From positions 1 through 64,000 of IMG/VR virus record IMGVR_UViG_3300037961_006825: 64,000 nt of DNA; one strand, written 5' to 3'. Source of the DNA: a virus. Below are positions 38,683-47,342 of this stretch, in pieces (the first letter of the stretch is position 1; every line of letters starts with the position of its first letter). The notes beneath the pieces are model-generated. The model had not been told where the DNA came from. It saw only the letters and a program-made list of their open reading frames with translations, and did no database searches. Made by a program: the position numbers and the translations under genes.

Positions 38683-39744
38683 ATGGAGACTGTATTGAAC
38701 ACAAAAAATGTAGACACAACTAAACAACCAATGTTTTTAGGAGAAGATCTAGCTCTGCAAAGATATGATAGATTTAAATATCCTAAATTTTTCGATCTAT
38801 GGAGAAAGCAAGAGGAATTTCATTGGTTACCAGAAGAAGTTTCATTAACTAAAGATCGTAACGATTATGAGAATTTAACTGAAACTGAGAAATTTATCTT
38901 TAATAGTAACTTAAGATGGCAAACTATGACTGATAGTATGTTATCAAGAAGTATTCATAATATTAAAAATTATGTATCGAACCCTGAATTAGAAATTTGT
39001 ATGACCACATGGGCTAGATTTGAAACTATTCATAGTTACTCATATACATATTTGTTGCAAAATATTACAAAAGACGCTACTGCTTTTTTTGATAGTATTT
39101 TAGAAGATAAAAATATTGTTACTAGAGCAACTGAAATTAGTTCTGCTTATAATAAACTTTTAGGAGATGATAGTAATGATATTAAACAAAAAATATTCAA
39201 TGCAGTATTATCAACTCAAATTACTGAAGGTTTAGCTTTTTACGTTTCATTCGCATGTTCATACTTTTTCGGATATAAAGGTAAAATGGAAGGTAATGCT
39301 AAAATTATTGGATTAATTGCACGTGATGAAAACTTACATGCTGCTATTACTCAAAATATTATTAAGAACTGGCGTCAAAATGAAGATGAAGGTTTTTCTA
39401 AAATCTTAAAAGATAATGAACAAAAGGTTTATGATATGTATGGGTTAGCTGTAGAGAATGAAAAGAAATGGGCTGAATATTTATTTTCACAAGGTTCATT
39501 ATTAGGTCTAAATGCAGATATGCTAAACGGTTACATTGAATGGTTAGCTAATAATAGACTTAAATCTTTAGGATATGATAAAATATTCGATGCACCTACC
39601 AATCCGATCGGCGGTTGGTTAAATAGTTTTTCAGATAGTTCTAAAGTTCAAGTAGCACCGCAAGAAACTGAAATAAGTTCTTATAAGATAGGTGCGAGAG
39701 ATACTGAAATAAGTGAATCAGAATTTGAAGATTTTGATCTATAA
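38683..39744 (+). CDS. nrdB: ribonucleotide reductase beta subunit
   Basis: WLPEE, DS, ETIHSYSY, EGLAFYVSF, RDENLH, VAPQETEISSY. Confidence 0.96.
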   Translation: METVLNTKNVDTTKQPMFLGEDLALQRYDRFKYPKFFDLWRKQEEFHWLPEEVSLTKDRNDYENLTETEKFIFNSNLRWQTMTDSMLSRSIHNIKNYVSNPELEICMTTWARFETIHSYSYTYLLQNITKDATAFFDSILEDKNIVTRATEISSAYNKLLGDDSNDIKQKIFNAVLSTQITEGLAFYVSFACSYFFGYKGKMEGNAKIIGLIARDENLHAAITQNIIKNWRQNEDEGFSKILKDNEQKVYDMYGLAVENEKKWAEYLFSQGSLLGLNADMLNGYIEWLANNRLKSLGYDKIFDAPTNPIGGWLNSFSDSSKVQVAPQETEISSYKIGARDTEISESEFEDFDL

Positions 39745-39775
39745 CTTGACTTGTATTAAATAGACTATATAATTT

Positions 39776-40528
39776 ATGACTATGAATAAAAAATACATCA
39801 TCATTGGAGCATTGGTTGCTATCGTTGCATTTTTTACAATGTGCGGTAAAGCTGAAGCTCAAGAAGTAAAACAAGAGAAGACATGGAGTGTCAATACTGA
39901 AGTAGGTTATTACGAATCAAGAATCTCCGGAGGATTGGTTGGAGCAGAAGATGCCCCGTACGTAAAAGCTTCTACGAAAATTGGCGATTTTTATGGCTTA
40001 TCGCTCGTAGGTGGGATCGAATATGTTGATGATCCTGATGCTTACGAATTGCACGGTTCAATTGGAACTGTTCTAGATACACCTATCGGTGATATCGATA
40101 CAAGATTAGTTGCACATAATAAACAAGGTAGCGATGCTACATTTGAATTAGTTGGAGCTTATATTGTAAACTTATTTAGCTTTGTAGAAACAGAGTTAAG
40201 TTTAAGCGTAGAAAATGGATCAGAAGCTGTTGATACTACTTTAGATCCTATCTATACCCCTGCTGTAGTATTATCAAAGACCTTTAATACTGGTACTTTT
40301 GATCTTATTGTAGGTGGTGAATATGGACAATCATTCGGTTATGATGAAGACTATGAATACATTCATGGATTTGCAAGACTTGAAACGATTGTTAATGATG
40401 CTGCTAAGTTATTTGTTCAAGGTAATTGGATTAATAGTGATGTAGTATTCGCAGATGGAATTACTTATGCTGATGCACAACTTGATTGGGATCAATCAGT
40501 TAATGTTGGGTTAGCATTTACCTTCTAA
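39776..40528 (+). CDS. outer-membrane beta-barrel protein
   Basis: Signal peptide (AEA), alternating amphipathic strands, C-terminal VGLAFTF beta-signal. Confidence 0.75.
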   Translation: MTMNKKYIIIGALVAIVAFFTMCGKAEAQEVKQEKTWSVNTEVGYYESRISGGLVGAEDAPYVKASTKIGDFYGLSLVGGIEYVDDPDAYELHGSIGTVLDTPIGDIDTRLVAHNKQGSDATFELVGAYIVNLFSFVETELSLSVENGSEAVDTTLDPIYTPAVVLSKTFNTGTFDLIVGGEYGQSFGYDEDYEYIHGFARLETIVNDAAKLFVQGNWINSDVVFADGITYADAQLDWDQSVNVGLAFTF

Positions 40529-40546
40529 TTTTATTTAGACACAATG

Positions 40547-40582
40547 AGCCCTCTACTGAGAAATCGGCAGAGGGCTTTTTTT
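40547..40582. terminator. intrinsic terminator
   Basis: AGCCCTCT..AGAGGGCT stem plus T run, between convergent genes. Confidence 0.85.
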
Positions 40583-40585
40583 GTA

Positions 40586-40759
40586 TTACTTGCTCCAAGC
40601 AGAGCCACGGTACATACCGTGCTTTACTTCTGTAGCAGGTTTTACTTTATTCGGATCGTAAGTGTTTCCTCTGTAAGAAGCGATGCCGGGTTTCTTTGCC
40701 ACCGCTTGTTCAGAATTTTCCACTTTCGCTCCTCTATACTGCATGTATCGAGTTGCCAT
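40586..40759 (-). CDS. 57-aa YRG-repeat peptide (DUF4278-like), not in ORF track
   Basis: MATRYMQYRGAKVENSEQAVAKKPGIASYRGNTYDPNKVKPATEVKHGMYRGSAWSK; AAAGGA RBS. Confidence 0.8.
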   Translation of the reverse strand: MATRYMQYRGAKVENSEQAVAKKPGIASYRGNTYDPNKVKPATEVKHGMYRGSAWSK

Positions 40760-40779
40760 AGTTTATTTTCCTTTTACGG

Positions 40780-40862
40780 TGCGTTCCTTCCCCTACCCCA
40801 TATTTCTTTCATAGAACTATGTACAGAAAATAGGGTACTTCCGCCCTTTCGGGTGAACGAGT
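40780..40862 (-). ncRNA. glutamine riboswitch (glnA RNA motif)
   Basis: TCGTTCA-CCC-GAAA-GGG-CGGAAGTA..GAAGGAACGC: P1, GNRA-capped P2, E-loop, long P3. Confidence 0.8.
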
Positions 40863-40870
40863 TATATATA

Positions 40871-40895
40871 TATTTATTATTTTAATATAGTTCCT
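40871..40895 (-). promoter_or_regulatory. GGAAC-N5-TAAAAT promoter plus TAAATA ahead of the riboswitch
   Basis: Minus strand AGGAAC-tatat-TAAAAT-aa-TAAATA. Confidence 0.55.
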
Positions 40896-40919
40896 CAAGT
40901 TCTTATAAATAATTTTGTT

Positions 40920-41171
40920 ATGGAAATTATACTATACACAATCGTTTGGCTTTCACTTGGAGGTTTATTTGCTACTATTTTACTAGCAAATGATCCTTAT
41001 GTTAAAGCTAAAAAAATAGCTGATATCGCTTTAGAGCGTATCGAAATATTAAAGCATAAGTGGCTTGAATCTGAAAAAGCCGGTTATGATATTGGCATAG
41101 AAAATGCTCAAAAATCATGGAAAAAAAATCATGCTAAAGACTGGCGAAAAAGCCGGAAGAAAGCTGCTTAA
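40920..41171 (+). CDS. TM-anchored DUF4032-like protein
   Basis: EILKHKWLESEKAGYDIG motif; TATAAATA at 40904-40911. Confidence 0.7.
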   Translation: MEIILYTIVWLSLGGLFATILLANDPYVKAKKIADIALERIEILKHKWLESEKAGYDIGIENAQKSWKKNHAKDWRKSRKKAA

Positions 41172-41186
41172 TTAATTAGAAAATTC

Positions 41187-41219
41187 AAGCCAGTCTCAAA
41201 TATTTGAGGCTGGCTTTTT
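41187..41219 (+). terminator. intrinsic terminator
   Basis: AAGCCAGTCTCAAA/TTTGAGGCTGGCTT stem plus T run. Confidence 0.85.
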
Positions 41220-41240
41220 AATATAATAACTTGTCTTTCA

Positions 41241-41257
41241 AGGAACTGTGATATAAT
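41241..41257 (+). promoter_or_regulatory. GGAAC-N5-TATAAT promoter
   Basis: AGGAAC-tgtga-TATAAT, 6 nt before ATG 41264. Confidence 0.6.
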
Positions 41258-41263
41258 TGTTAT

Positions 41264-41440
41264 ATGAGTAGAGCAGGAAAACAACAAGTAGTTAGCAATA
41301 GAACACGAAATATTCAAAACGGTGCATATACTGATATATTCCGTAGAGAAGAAGAACAAGAACGTACAAGACGAAGAAACTTAAATCGTATGTATAATAA
41401 TAACTACCACGGCGGGTATACTTGTAAAATAAAATGGTAG
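41264..41440 (+). CDS. 58-aa Arg-rich protein (not in ORF track)
   Basis: MSRAGKQQVVSNRTRNIQNGAYTDIFRREEEQERTRRR..; has its own promoter. Confidence 0.6.
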   Translation: MSRAGKQQVVSNRTRNIQNGAYTDIFRREEEQERTRRRNLNRMYNNNYHGGYTCKIKW

Positions 41441-41456
41441 TTATAAATATTTTTCT

Positions 41457-41873
41457 ATGACTAGACTAACTACATACAGAGGAGACAACCCATTAAAAAT
41501 CATTGAGGATAGCTTAAACGGTATGCTCAATCTAACACCGGTCTTCCATAACTTGGAAGAAGTATACAAAACTGGCGATATCGTAAGATTCGCTTCAACA
41601 AAAGATGGCCTGAATATTCAAATTGATATTCCGGGCTGTAAAAAACAAGACCTTGATCTTGATGTTGATTCTGATCAACGTGAAGTGTACATCAAAGGTA
41701 AGCGTACCGTCAAAACTAATGACGGTGAAGAGACCCAGACTATGAATAGAAGTTTTTCTATTGGTAGAGAATACGATCTTAATAAAATTAAGTTTACGTA
41801 TGAATATGGTGTACTCGAAGTATCAGTACCTAGAAGAAAAAAAGAAGAGTATATTAAAAAATATACTGTTTAA
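41457..41873 (+). CDS. small heat shock protein Hsp20
   Basis: IDIPG.KK.DL, RSF, YEYGVLEVSVPR; TATAAATA at 41442-41449. Confidence 0.85.
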   Translation: MTRLTTYRGDNPLKIIEDSLNGMLNLTPVFHNLEEVYKTGDIVRFASTKDGLNIQIDIPGCKKQDLDLDVDSDQREVYIKGKRTVKTNDGEETQTMNRSFSIGREYDLNKIKFTYEYGVLEVSVPRRKKEEYIKKYTV

Positions 41874-41948
41874 TATATAAATAGTTACTGGTAGGGGAGT
41901 ACGCAATTGTAAACTGGGGTTGGTTGGTGGGAACATTTTACAAATATC

Positions 41949-42206
41949 ATGACAATTTTCGGGTGGATATATACTATAGCATTTTCAATATGCTATATTC
42001 CTCAAATAGTAAAAACTTTTAAAACTAAAAAAGTAGAAGATATTAGTATAAGTTTATTTACATTATCTATAGTTGGCTATGGCAGCGCATTAGTGTATAG
42101 CATTACGGAGCTTAACGCTCCTTTAGTTTTAATAATTAACTATACATTTGGCGGTATATGTAGCTTAACTATGATTCTCCTGTATTATCTATATAAATCT
42201 AAATAG
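41949..42206 (+). CDS. PQ-loop/SemiSWEET-like transporter
   Basis: YIPQIVKTFKTKKVEDIS, 3 TMs. Confidence 0.82.
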   Translation: MTIFGWIYTIAFSICYIPQIVKTFKTKKVEDISISLFTLSIVGYGSALVYSITELNAPLVLIINYTFGGICSLTMILLYYLYKSK

Positions 42207-44562
42207 ATACGTTTATAGCTTGAGATTTATCTGTGTTAAATTGTGATGATGCTGGTACATTACAACCATGACTCATTTTTGATTTAATTGTTGAATTTCT
42301 TAAACTTTTATTACTATCAACTAATGTCATTGGAATACCTGCTGTGGTATGTGAATGAGGGTAAACTTCAATAGAATTAGGATCTGGGAAAGGTTGAACC
42401 TTTCCTCTATTAAACGCTATTAGATCAATTGAATTTGTTACTACTGGCATAGCTTCATCAAATTTAATAAAACCAGTACCTAATGTTACCCCTGATACAT
42501 TTACCGTAGCACCTCTAGGTATAAAACCTATAACGCATGAACTAACAAGACCTTTTGTTGGTTGACCACTGGCTTTTGATGTACCACCTGTAGTAAACTC
42601 TGCAGGAGCAGTAATATGTTGAACTGACATCTCTCCTTCAACATGTAACCCTCCACCAACAATTATATTATTTTGAACTCCTAAACTACCTTCAACAAAT
42701 ATTTGTCTTTTTCTTTTATTTCTAAGTTTTAAAATATTAGCAGAAATATTAACATAATCACCATCAATATTAACGCCATATTCAGATCCAATATTTACTT
42801 GATCACCAGCTATATTTGTAACTGAACCTGATACATTAGTTGGTCCTGATGATTTTAATTGTAACCCACCTGCACCAACCATTAGATTGTATTTGTTAGC
42901 AACATTTAAATTATAAGTACCACCTGGCATATCTTGAACATCCACATATTCAATTAATGCTGCTGGTTCTCTATTTTTATAAACCCCGTTAGTACCAACA
43001 ATCATTTCAGAAGTAACTAACTTACCTACCGGATCAACTCTTATACTACCATAGTCGTTCATTACCATGCCAATAGTTTCAATTTTGTTCTTAGCTATTT
43101 CTACAAATTCATTTCCACCTACACCCATTTCTTTTTCCAGATCCATTAACTCTTCTAATTTTTGAATTATTTGATCTTTAAGATTATTAACATTAGGATC
43201 TTCATCATAGGTACCGCCAGATGATGTTACTGGTATAGGTAATCCGGTCTCTTTAGTATAATTTCTCCTATCAGTTGCATTTGTTTGTTGTTGACCCTGA
43301 GCAGGTGATGCAAATTTAGCTACTAAATCATTTACGTTTTCAAAAATAGGATTTAAAAATCCACTAACTATTGAACCTATATTAATAGAAGATGCTATGC
43401 TTGAAAATCCTGAATCTTCAAAAGTATTTTTATTGTTTAAAGCAAAAACTTGATCACTAAATACAGGATATTCTGGATCTTTACCAACTTTTTGTTGCTT
43501 AATACTATTTCGTTTAATTATTACATTACCACTATTATCAGTTACATTATAAGAAAATGTTCTTCTTTTTGGAAAAAGTTGTTTAGTATCTTGAATAGGT
43601 GCAAAAGTATCTCTCCATTGCTCATAAATTTCTTTATTTAAATTACCAATTTTTTTATACTTATCTCTAACTATTATTTCATCTAAATTCTTACCTGTGT
43701 ATTCATTTCTAAACCCTTTTGTAGTATGGTAACTATCAGCTAATACTAATTTTTGATCATTCTTTGAAGCTAATTCAATACTAGTATGATTATTCATTTC
43801 TTTAAATGACCCTGAATATTGAGTTATTCTGACCTTTTCATTAAAATCAGTATTATTAATTTCTATAGCTCCCCCTTTTTGATTTAAAACATATTTGTTT
43901 CTATACGTTTTTACATTTTCATCTAGTTCGGATAGCGAGGCATCAAAATTTTCAAACTTACCCGGATAATCTACATCATTATCATATATACCCTGCCAGT
44001 CATTTATACCGTATGCTGCAGCCATTACAACTGGAAAGTTGTAATCTCCTTCTCTAAAAAATACATAAACGTGAGCTCCTACTGAAGGTATACCAAATGA
44101 CCCTTTAGCTTTATTAGAATATGTATTTGGTTTATACATATATGAATAAGGATTTACATTATTAATATTATTTTCGTTTTTATCAAAAGCATCTTTCAAT
44201 CTAAAAGAACTTTGATCATAAATTTCTCCACTTGAAGCAGTGTTTTCATTTAAAAAGTTTTCATACTTATTAGCATCTGAAACAGAAGATTTACTTGCAT
44301 AACTATTATATCTTCCTGATGCGTCTTCACTTGTTAATGGAGCAGCTATTTCAGCCCAAGGTAAAGTTTTTTTCAATTCTTTCATTATCGGATTTAGATC
44401 ATTATTGATAAACTTGAAAGATTTATTTGTATTATCTCCAATCCATTCACTATATACGGCAGGTGATACACTCGGTACATATACTTTAACCCTACCTCTT
44501 TTTTTAGGGTCATTATTTTGTACCACTATACCAAGATATATATTATTAAATTTATCCATCAT
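42199..44562 (-). CDS. gp5/VgrG-like baseplate hub and spike
   Basis: GIVVQNNDP..RGRVKV OB fold, PSVGAHVYVFFREGD, beta-helix, HSH tip motif. Confidence 0.78.
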   Translation of the reverse strand: MMDKFNNIYLGIVVQNNDPKKRGRVKVYVPSVSPAVYSEWIGDNTNKSFKFINNDLNPIMKELKKTLPWAEIAAPLTSEDASGRYNSYASKSSVSDANKYENFLNENTASSGEIYDQSSFRLKDAFDKNENNINNVNPYSYMYKPNTYSNKAKGSFGIPSVGAHVYVFFREGDYNFPVVMAAAYGINDWQGIYDNDVDYPGKFENFDASLSELDENVKTYRNKYVLNQKGGAIEINNTDFNEKVRITQYSGSFKEMNNHTSIELASKNDQKLVLADSYHTTKGFRNEYTGKNLDEIIVRDKYKKIGNLNKEIYEQWRDTFAPIQDTKQLFPKRRTFSYNVTDNSGNVIIKRNSIKQQKVGKDPEYPVFSDQVFALNNKNTFEDSGFSSIASSINIGSIVSGFLNPIFENVNDLVAKFASPAQGQQQTNATDRRNYTKETGLPIPVTSSGGTYDEDPNVNNLKDQIIQKLEELMDLEKEMGVGGNEFVEIAKNKIETIGMVMNDYGSIRVDPVGKLVTSEMIVGTNGVYKNREPAALIEYVDVQDMPGGTYNLNVANKYNLMVGAGGLQLKSSGPTNVSGSVTNIAGDQVNIGSEYGVNIDGDYVNISANILKLRNKRKRQIFVEGSLGVQNNIIVGGGLHVEGEMSVQHITAPAEFTTGGTSKASGQPTKGLVSSCVIGFIPRGATVNVSGVTLGTGFIKFDEAMPVVTNSIDLIAFNRGKVQPFPDPNSIEVYPHSHTTAGIPMTLVDSNKSLRNSTIKSKMSHGCNVPASSQFNTDKSQAINVSI

Positions 44563-44580
44563 ATGTATTTACTTTAAAAA

Positions 44581-45960
44581 TTATACTATTCCATTAGAGC
44601 TAACTTGATAATCTTCTAATTTAGGACTATTGTATCTTACATTATATTTGTTACCATCTACTGTTATAAAACTCCACGTATTGCTAACTCCTAAATTTTC
44701 TTCCGAACCAGGCTCTAAAACTGTAACATCTGAACTATTAATTATGATACCTGCATTTTTTAAAATTTCAATATAAGTTCTTCTATTTCCTGAAATTTCC
44801 GGAAAACGATCATCTTGAATAGAAAAATTATTTTTTATTAAACATAAAAGTATTGCATATTGATCTCTACTTCCGAACACGTCATTGTAATTTATATCTA
44901 ATACGCTATCTAAATTTGAAAATCTATCAGGTAAACCTCCCCCTGCCATAAAATCATAGAACTCAGTCTCATCTAATGGATCCAAACTCACAACTTCATA
45001 ATTTTCATCTGTAATTTGAGATAAAGATAATAACTCTTTATCCTTTAACAGTTTAAATTTTCTAAATCTACCTCTAAAATTTTCAAACTCACTATAAGAT
45101 ACATCAATTTTATTTTTTACATAATTTTGTATTTCTGGGTCATAAACTGGCCTAGCTTGTACTTCTTTTTCATTATTAAAAAAGCTCAAATTCGGTCTAT
45201 TAAATGGTTTTTTATCAATAGTTTTTATACTATCTAATTCAGCTTTTTGAGTCATAACTGGAGATACAAAAGTAGATGTTTCAGATGCAATTTCATTTGT
45301 AAATGTAGTACCTAATTCAGTCATTACTGAATCTTTAAAATCAGGATCAACATTAATATCTCTTATCACCCTATTTGAAAAATTTTGAAGATTATCTTTT
45401 AATGATTGAGATGCTGAGCCTGATATCAACCCAACTTCTGCTTCTTCAATATTTTTATAATTAACAACTTCTCTAACATTTTTGATAGTTTCTGCTACAT
45501 CTTTACCTATACCAACTATTGCTTCATTAAAAATTTCAGCAGAATTTGCTATAGTATCTACTGCTTCTGTAATTGTATCGCTTATAGTACCAATTAATGT
45601 ACTAACTGCATCTTTAAGTTGTTGCACTACACCATTAACTGCTTCTGCTATTTTTTCTTTAATTTTCTTTTTTACTTTTTTGATTACTTCTTTAGTAGAA
45701 AAACCAACCGGATTTGTAACTAATTGAAATACCATCATACCGGTTTCTACTAATTTTTTAGCAGTTTCTATACCTTGAATCAATCTTTCCTGTATTTGCA
45801 TTCTAATCTTAGCTGCGGCGATAGCAGCTTGATTTATAGGCGCTAATGCTTGCTTAACTTTTAGTTGCATTGCATTACCAAATGTTCTAACAGGGTTACC
45901 TATAGACGTTTGTCTAATACTTGATATCTGATCATTTATACTTTTTAAATTGTTAGGCAT
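44581..45960 (-). CDS. hypothetical protein, probably structural
   Basis: 459 aa, helical N-half; TAAATA upstream; next to the gp5-like gene. Confidence 0.6.
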   Translation of the reverse strand: MPNNLKSINDQISSIRQTSIGNPVRTFGNAMQLKVKQALAPINQAAIAAAKIRMQIQERLIQGIETAKKLVETGMMVFQLVTNPVGFSTKEVIKKVKKKIKEKIAEAVNGVVQQLKDAVSTLIGTISDTITEAVDTIANSAEIFNEAIVGIGKDVAETIKNVREVVNYKNIEEAEVGLISGSASQSLKDNLQNFSNRVIRDINVDPDFKDSVMTELGTTFTNEIASETSTFVSPVMTQKAELDSIKTIDKKPFNRPNLSFFNNEKEVQARPVYDPEIQNYVKNKIDVSYSEFENFRGRFRKFKLLKDKELLSLSQITDENYEVVSLDPLDETEFYDFMAGGGLPDRFSNLDSVLDINYNDVFGSRDQYAILLCLIKNNFSIQDDRFPEISGNRRTYIEILKNAGIIINSSDVTVLEPGSEENLGVSNTWSFITVDGNKYNVRYNSPKLEDYQVSSNGIV

Positions 45961-46008
45961 ATATTAATATTTACTTGATAATTATGTTTTATATACTATA
46001 ATTATAGT

Positions 46009-46791
46009 ATGTTAGTATCTCATGAAAGCCCTATAAGTATGCTCGAGAAATCGAGAGATTATAATGATTATGATTATGCTTTAGTCCATCTCTTTGAGTC
46101 TCATCCAAAGTATTATGATTTCTTTAAAGAATCATTATTAATGGATAGAGATGTATTATTAGATAATAGTATATTTGAGTTAGGTGAAGCATTTGATCAT
46201 AAGAAATTTGCTAAGTATGTTAAAGAATTAAAACCTACTTATTATATAGTACCTGATGTATTAGAAAATGGTTATGAAACTATTAAACATTATATTGAGT
46301 TTTGTTCAGAATATACTGATTTACCTGGTAGTAAAATAGGTGTAGTTCAAGGTAAAACGTATGATGAGTTAGTTGATTGTTATCGCTTTATGGAGCAAAA
46401 TGCTGATTATATTGCTATTAGTTTTGATTATAGTTATTATGTTACTACTGGGTTTGGTAAAACTAAACTTGAAAGATGGTGTAATGGTAGGCAAAGATTT
46501 ATAAAGCATCTAAAAGATGACGGTGTATGGAATTGTCATAAACCTCATCATTTGTTAGGTTGTTCATTAGCAAGAGAGTTTAAAGCTTATGTAGGAGATA
46601 ACTCTATAAGATCTGTTGATACATCTAATCCTATAGTTGCAGGTATTAAGGAACTAAGATATAATAGTGATTTAGGATTGAATGATAAACCTTCTATAAA
46701 ATTAGCAGATTTAATTGATACAAAAGTTAATGCAAGTCAAGTAGAAGATATAATGTATAACGTAGGAAAATTTAAAAATATAGTTACATGA
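46009..46791 (+). CDS. TGT-fold transglycosylase-like protein (DpdA-like)
   Basis: LLDNS, VPDV, VVQG, HLLG, VDTS match TGT motifs; no Zn motif; same operon as queF. Confidence 0.6.
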   Translation: MLVSHESPISMLEKSRDYNDYDYALVHLFESHPKYYDFFKESLLMDRDVLLDNSIFELGEAFDHKKFAKYVKELKPTYYIVPDVLENGYETIKHYIEFCSEYTDLPGSKIGVVQGKTYDELVDCYRFMEQNADYIAISFDYSYYVTTGFGKTKLERWCNGRQRFIKHLKDDGVWNCHKPHHLLGCSLAREFKAYVGDNSIRSVDTSNPIVAGIKELRYNSDLGLNDKPSIKLADLIDTKVNASQVEDIMYNVGKFKNIVT

Positions 46792-47342
46792 TAATTACTT
46801 TTACAGGAGCTCAAAGTACTGGTAAATCTACTTTACTAGATAAATGTACGTATGATGGTAGGTTTAATTGCTATAGCTTCGTACCTGAAATAACTAGAAA
46901 GTTAAAGAAAAAATATAACTTAACTATAAATGAAAATGGTGATGAATATACTCAATTATTTTGTATTAATAGTCATTTAGAAAATTATCTAAGTCATAAA
47001 AATAGTAAGGTGGTATTAGATAGATGTGCATTAGATGCTTTAGTTTATACGACTTATCAATATCATACTGGTAAAGTTAATGAATGGGTAATGGATTATG
47101 CAACTAATTTATTTGAGAGTTTAAAAGATAAATATGATATTATTTTTTATACTGAACCTGATATTGATTTAGTTGATGACGGTGAAAGAAGTAGTAGTAA
47201 TGAGTTTAGAGATACTATTGTTAAACTATTTGAGGAAGCAATAGATCATTATAATTTAAAAGTAGTACGATTAAAAGGTACTGTTGAAGAACGTATGGTA
47301 ACAATATATAAAACTTTAGATAAAATTAATTATGGCAAATAA
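46788..47342 (+). CDS. P-loop nucleotide kinase-like (AAA_28 type)
   Basis: GAQSTGKST, PE..R, LDRCALD, DDGER. Confidence 0.78.
   Translation: MIITFTGAQSTGKSTLLDKCTYDGRFNCYSFVPEITRKLKKKYNLTINENGDEYTQLFCINSHLENYLSHKNSKVVLDRCALDALVYTTYQYHTGKVNEWVMDYATNLFESLKDKYDIIFYTEPDIDLVDDGERSSSNEFRDTIVKLFEEAIDHYNLKVVRLKGTVEERMVTIYKTLDKINYGK

Noticed and set aside
36150-39744. Introns or inteins in nrdA/nrdB
   Set aside because: Both are uninterrupted and of normal length
40544-40885. 113-aa plus-strand ORF in the track
   Set aside because: Antisense to the riboswitch and YRG peptide, runs through a terminator, and has no protein-like features
41168-41359. 63-aa minus-strand ORF
   Set aside because: Crosses a terminator and promoter; the plus-strand ORF 41264-41440 is better supported
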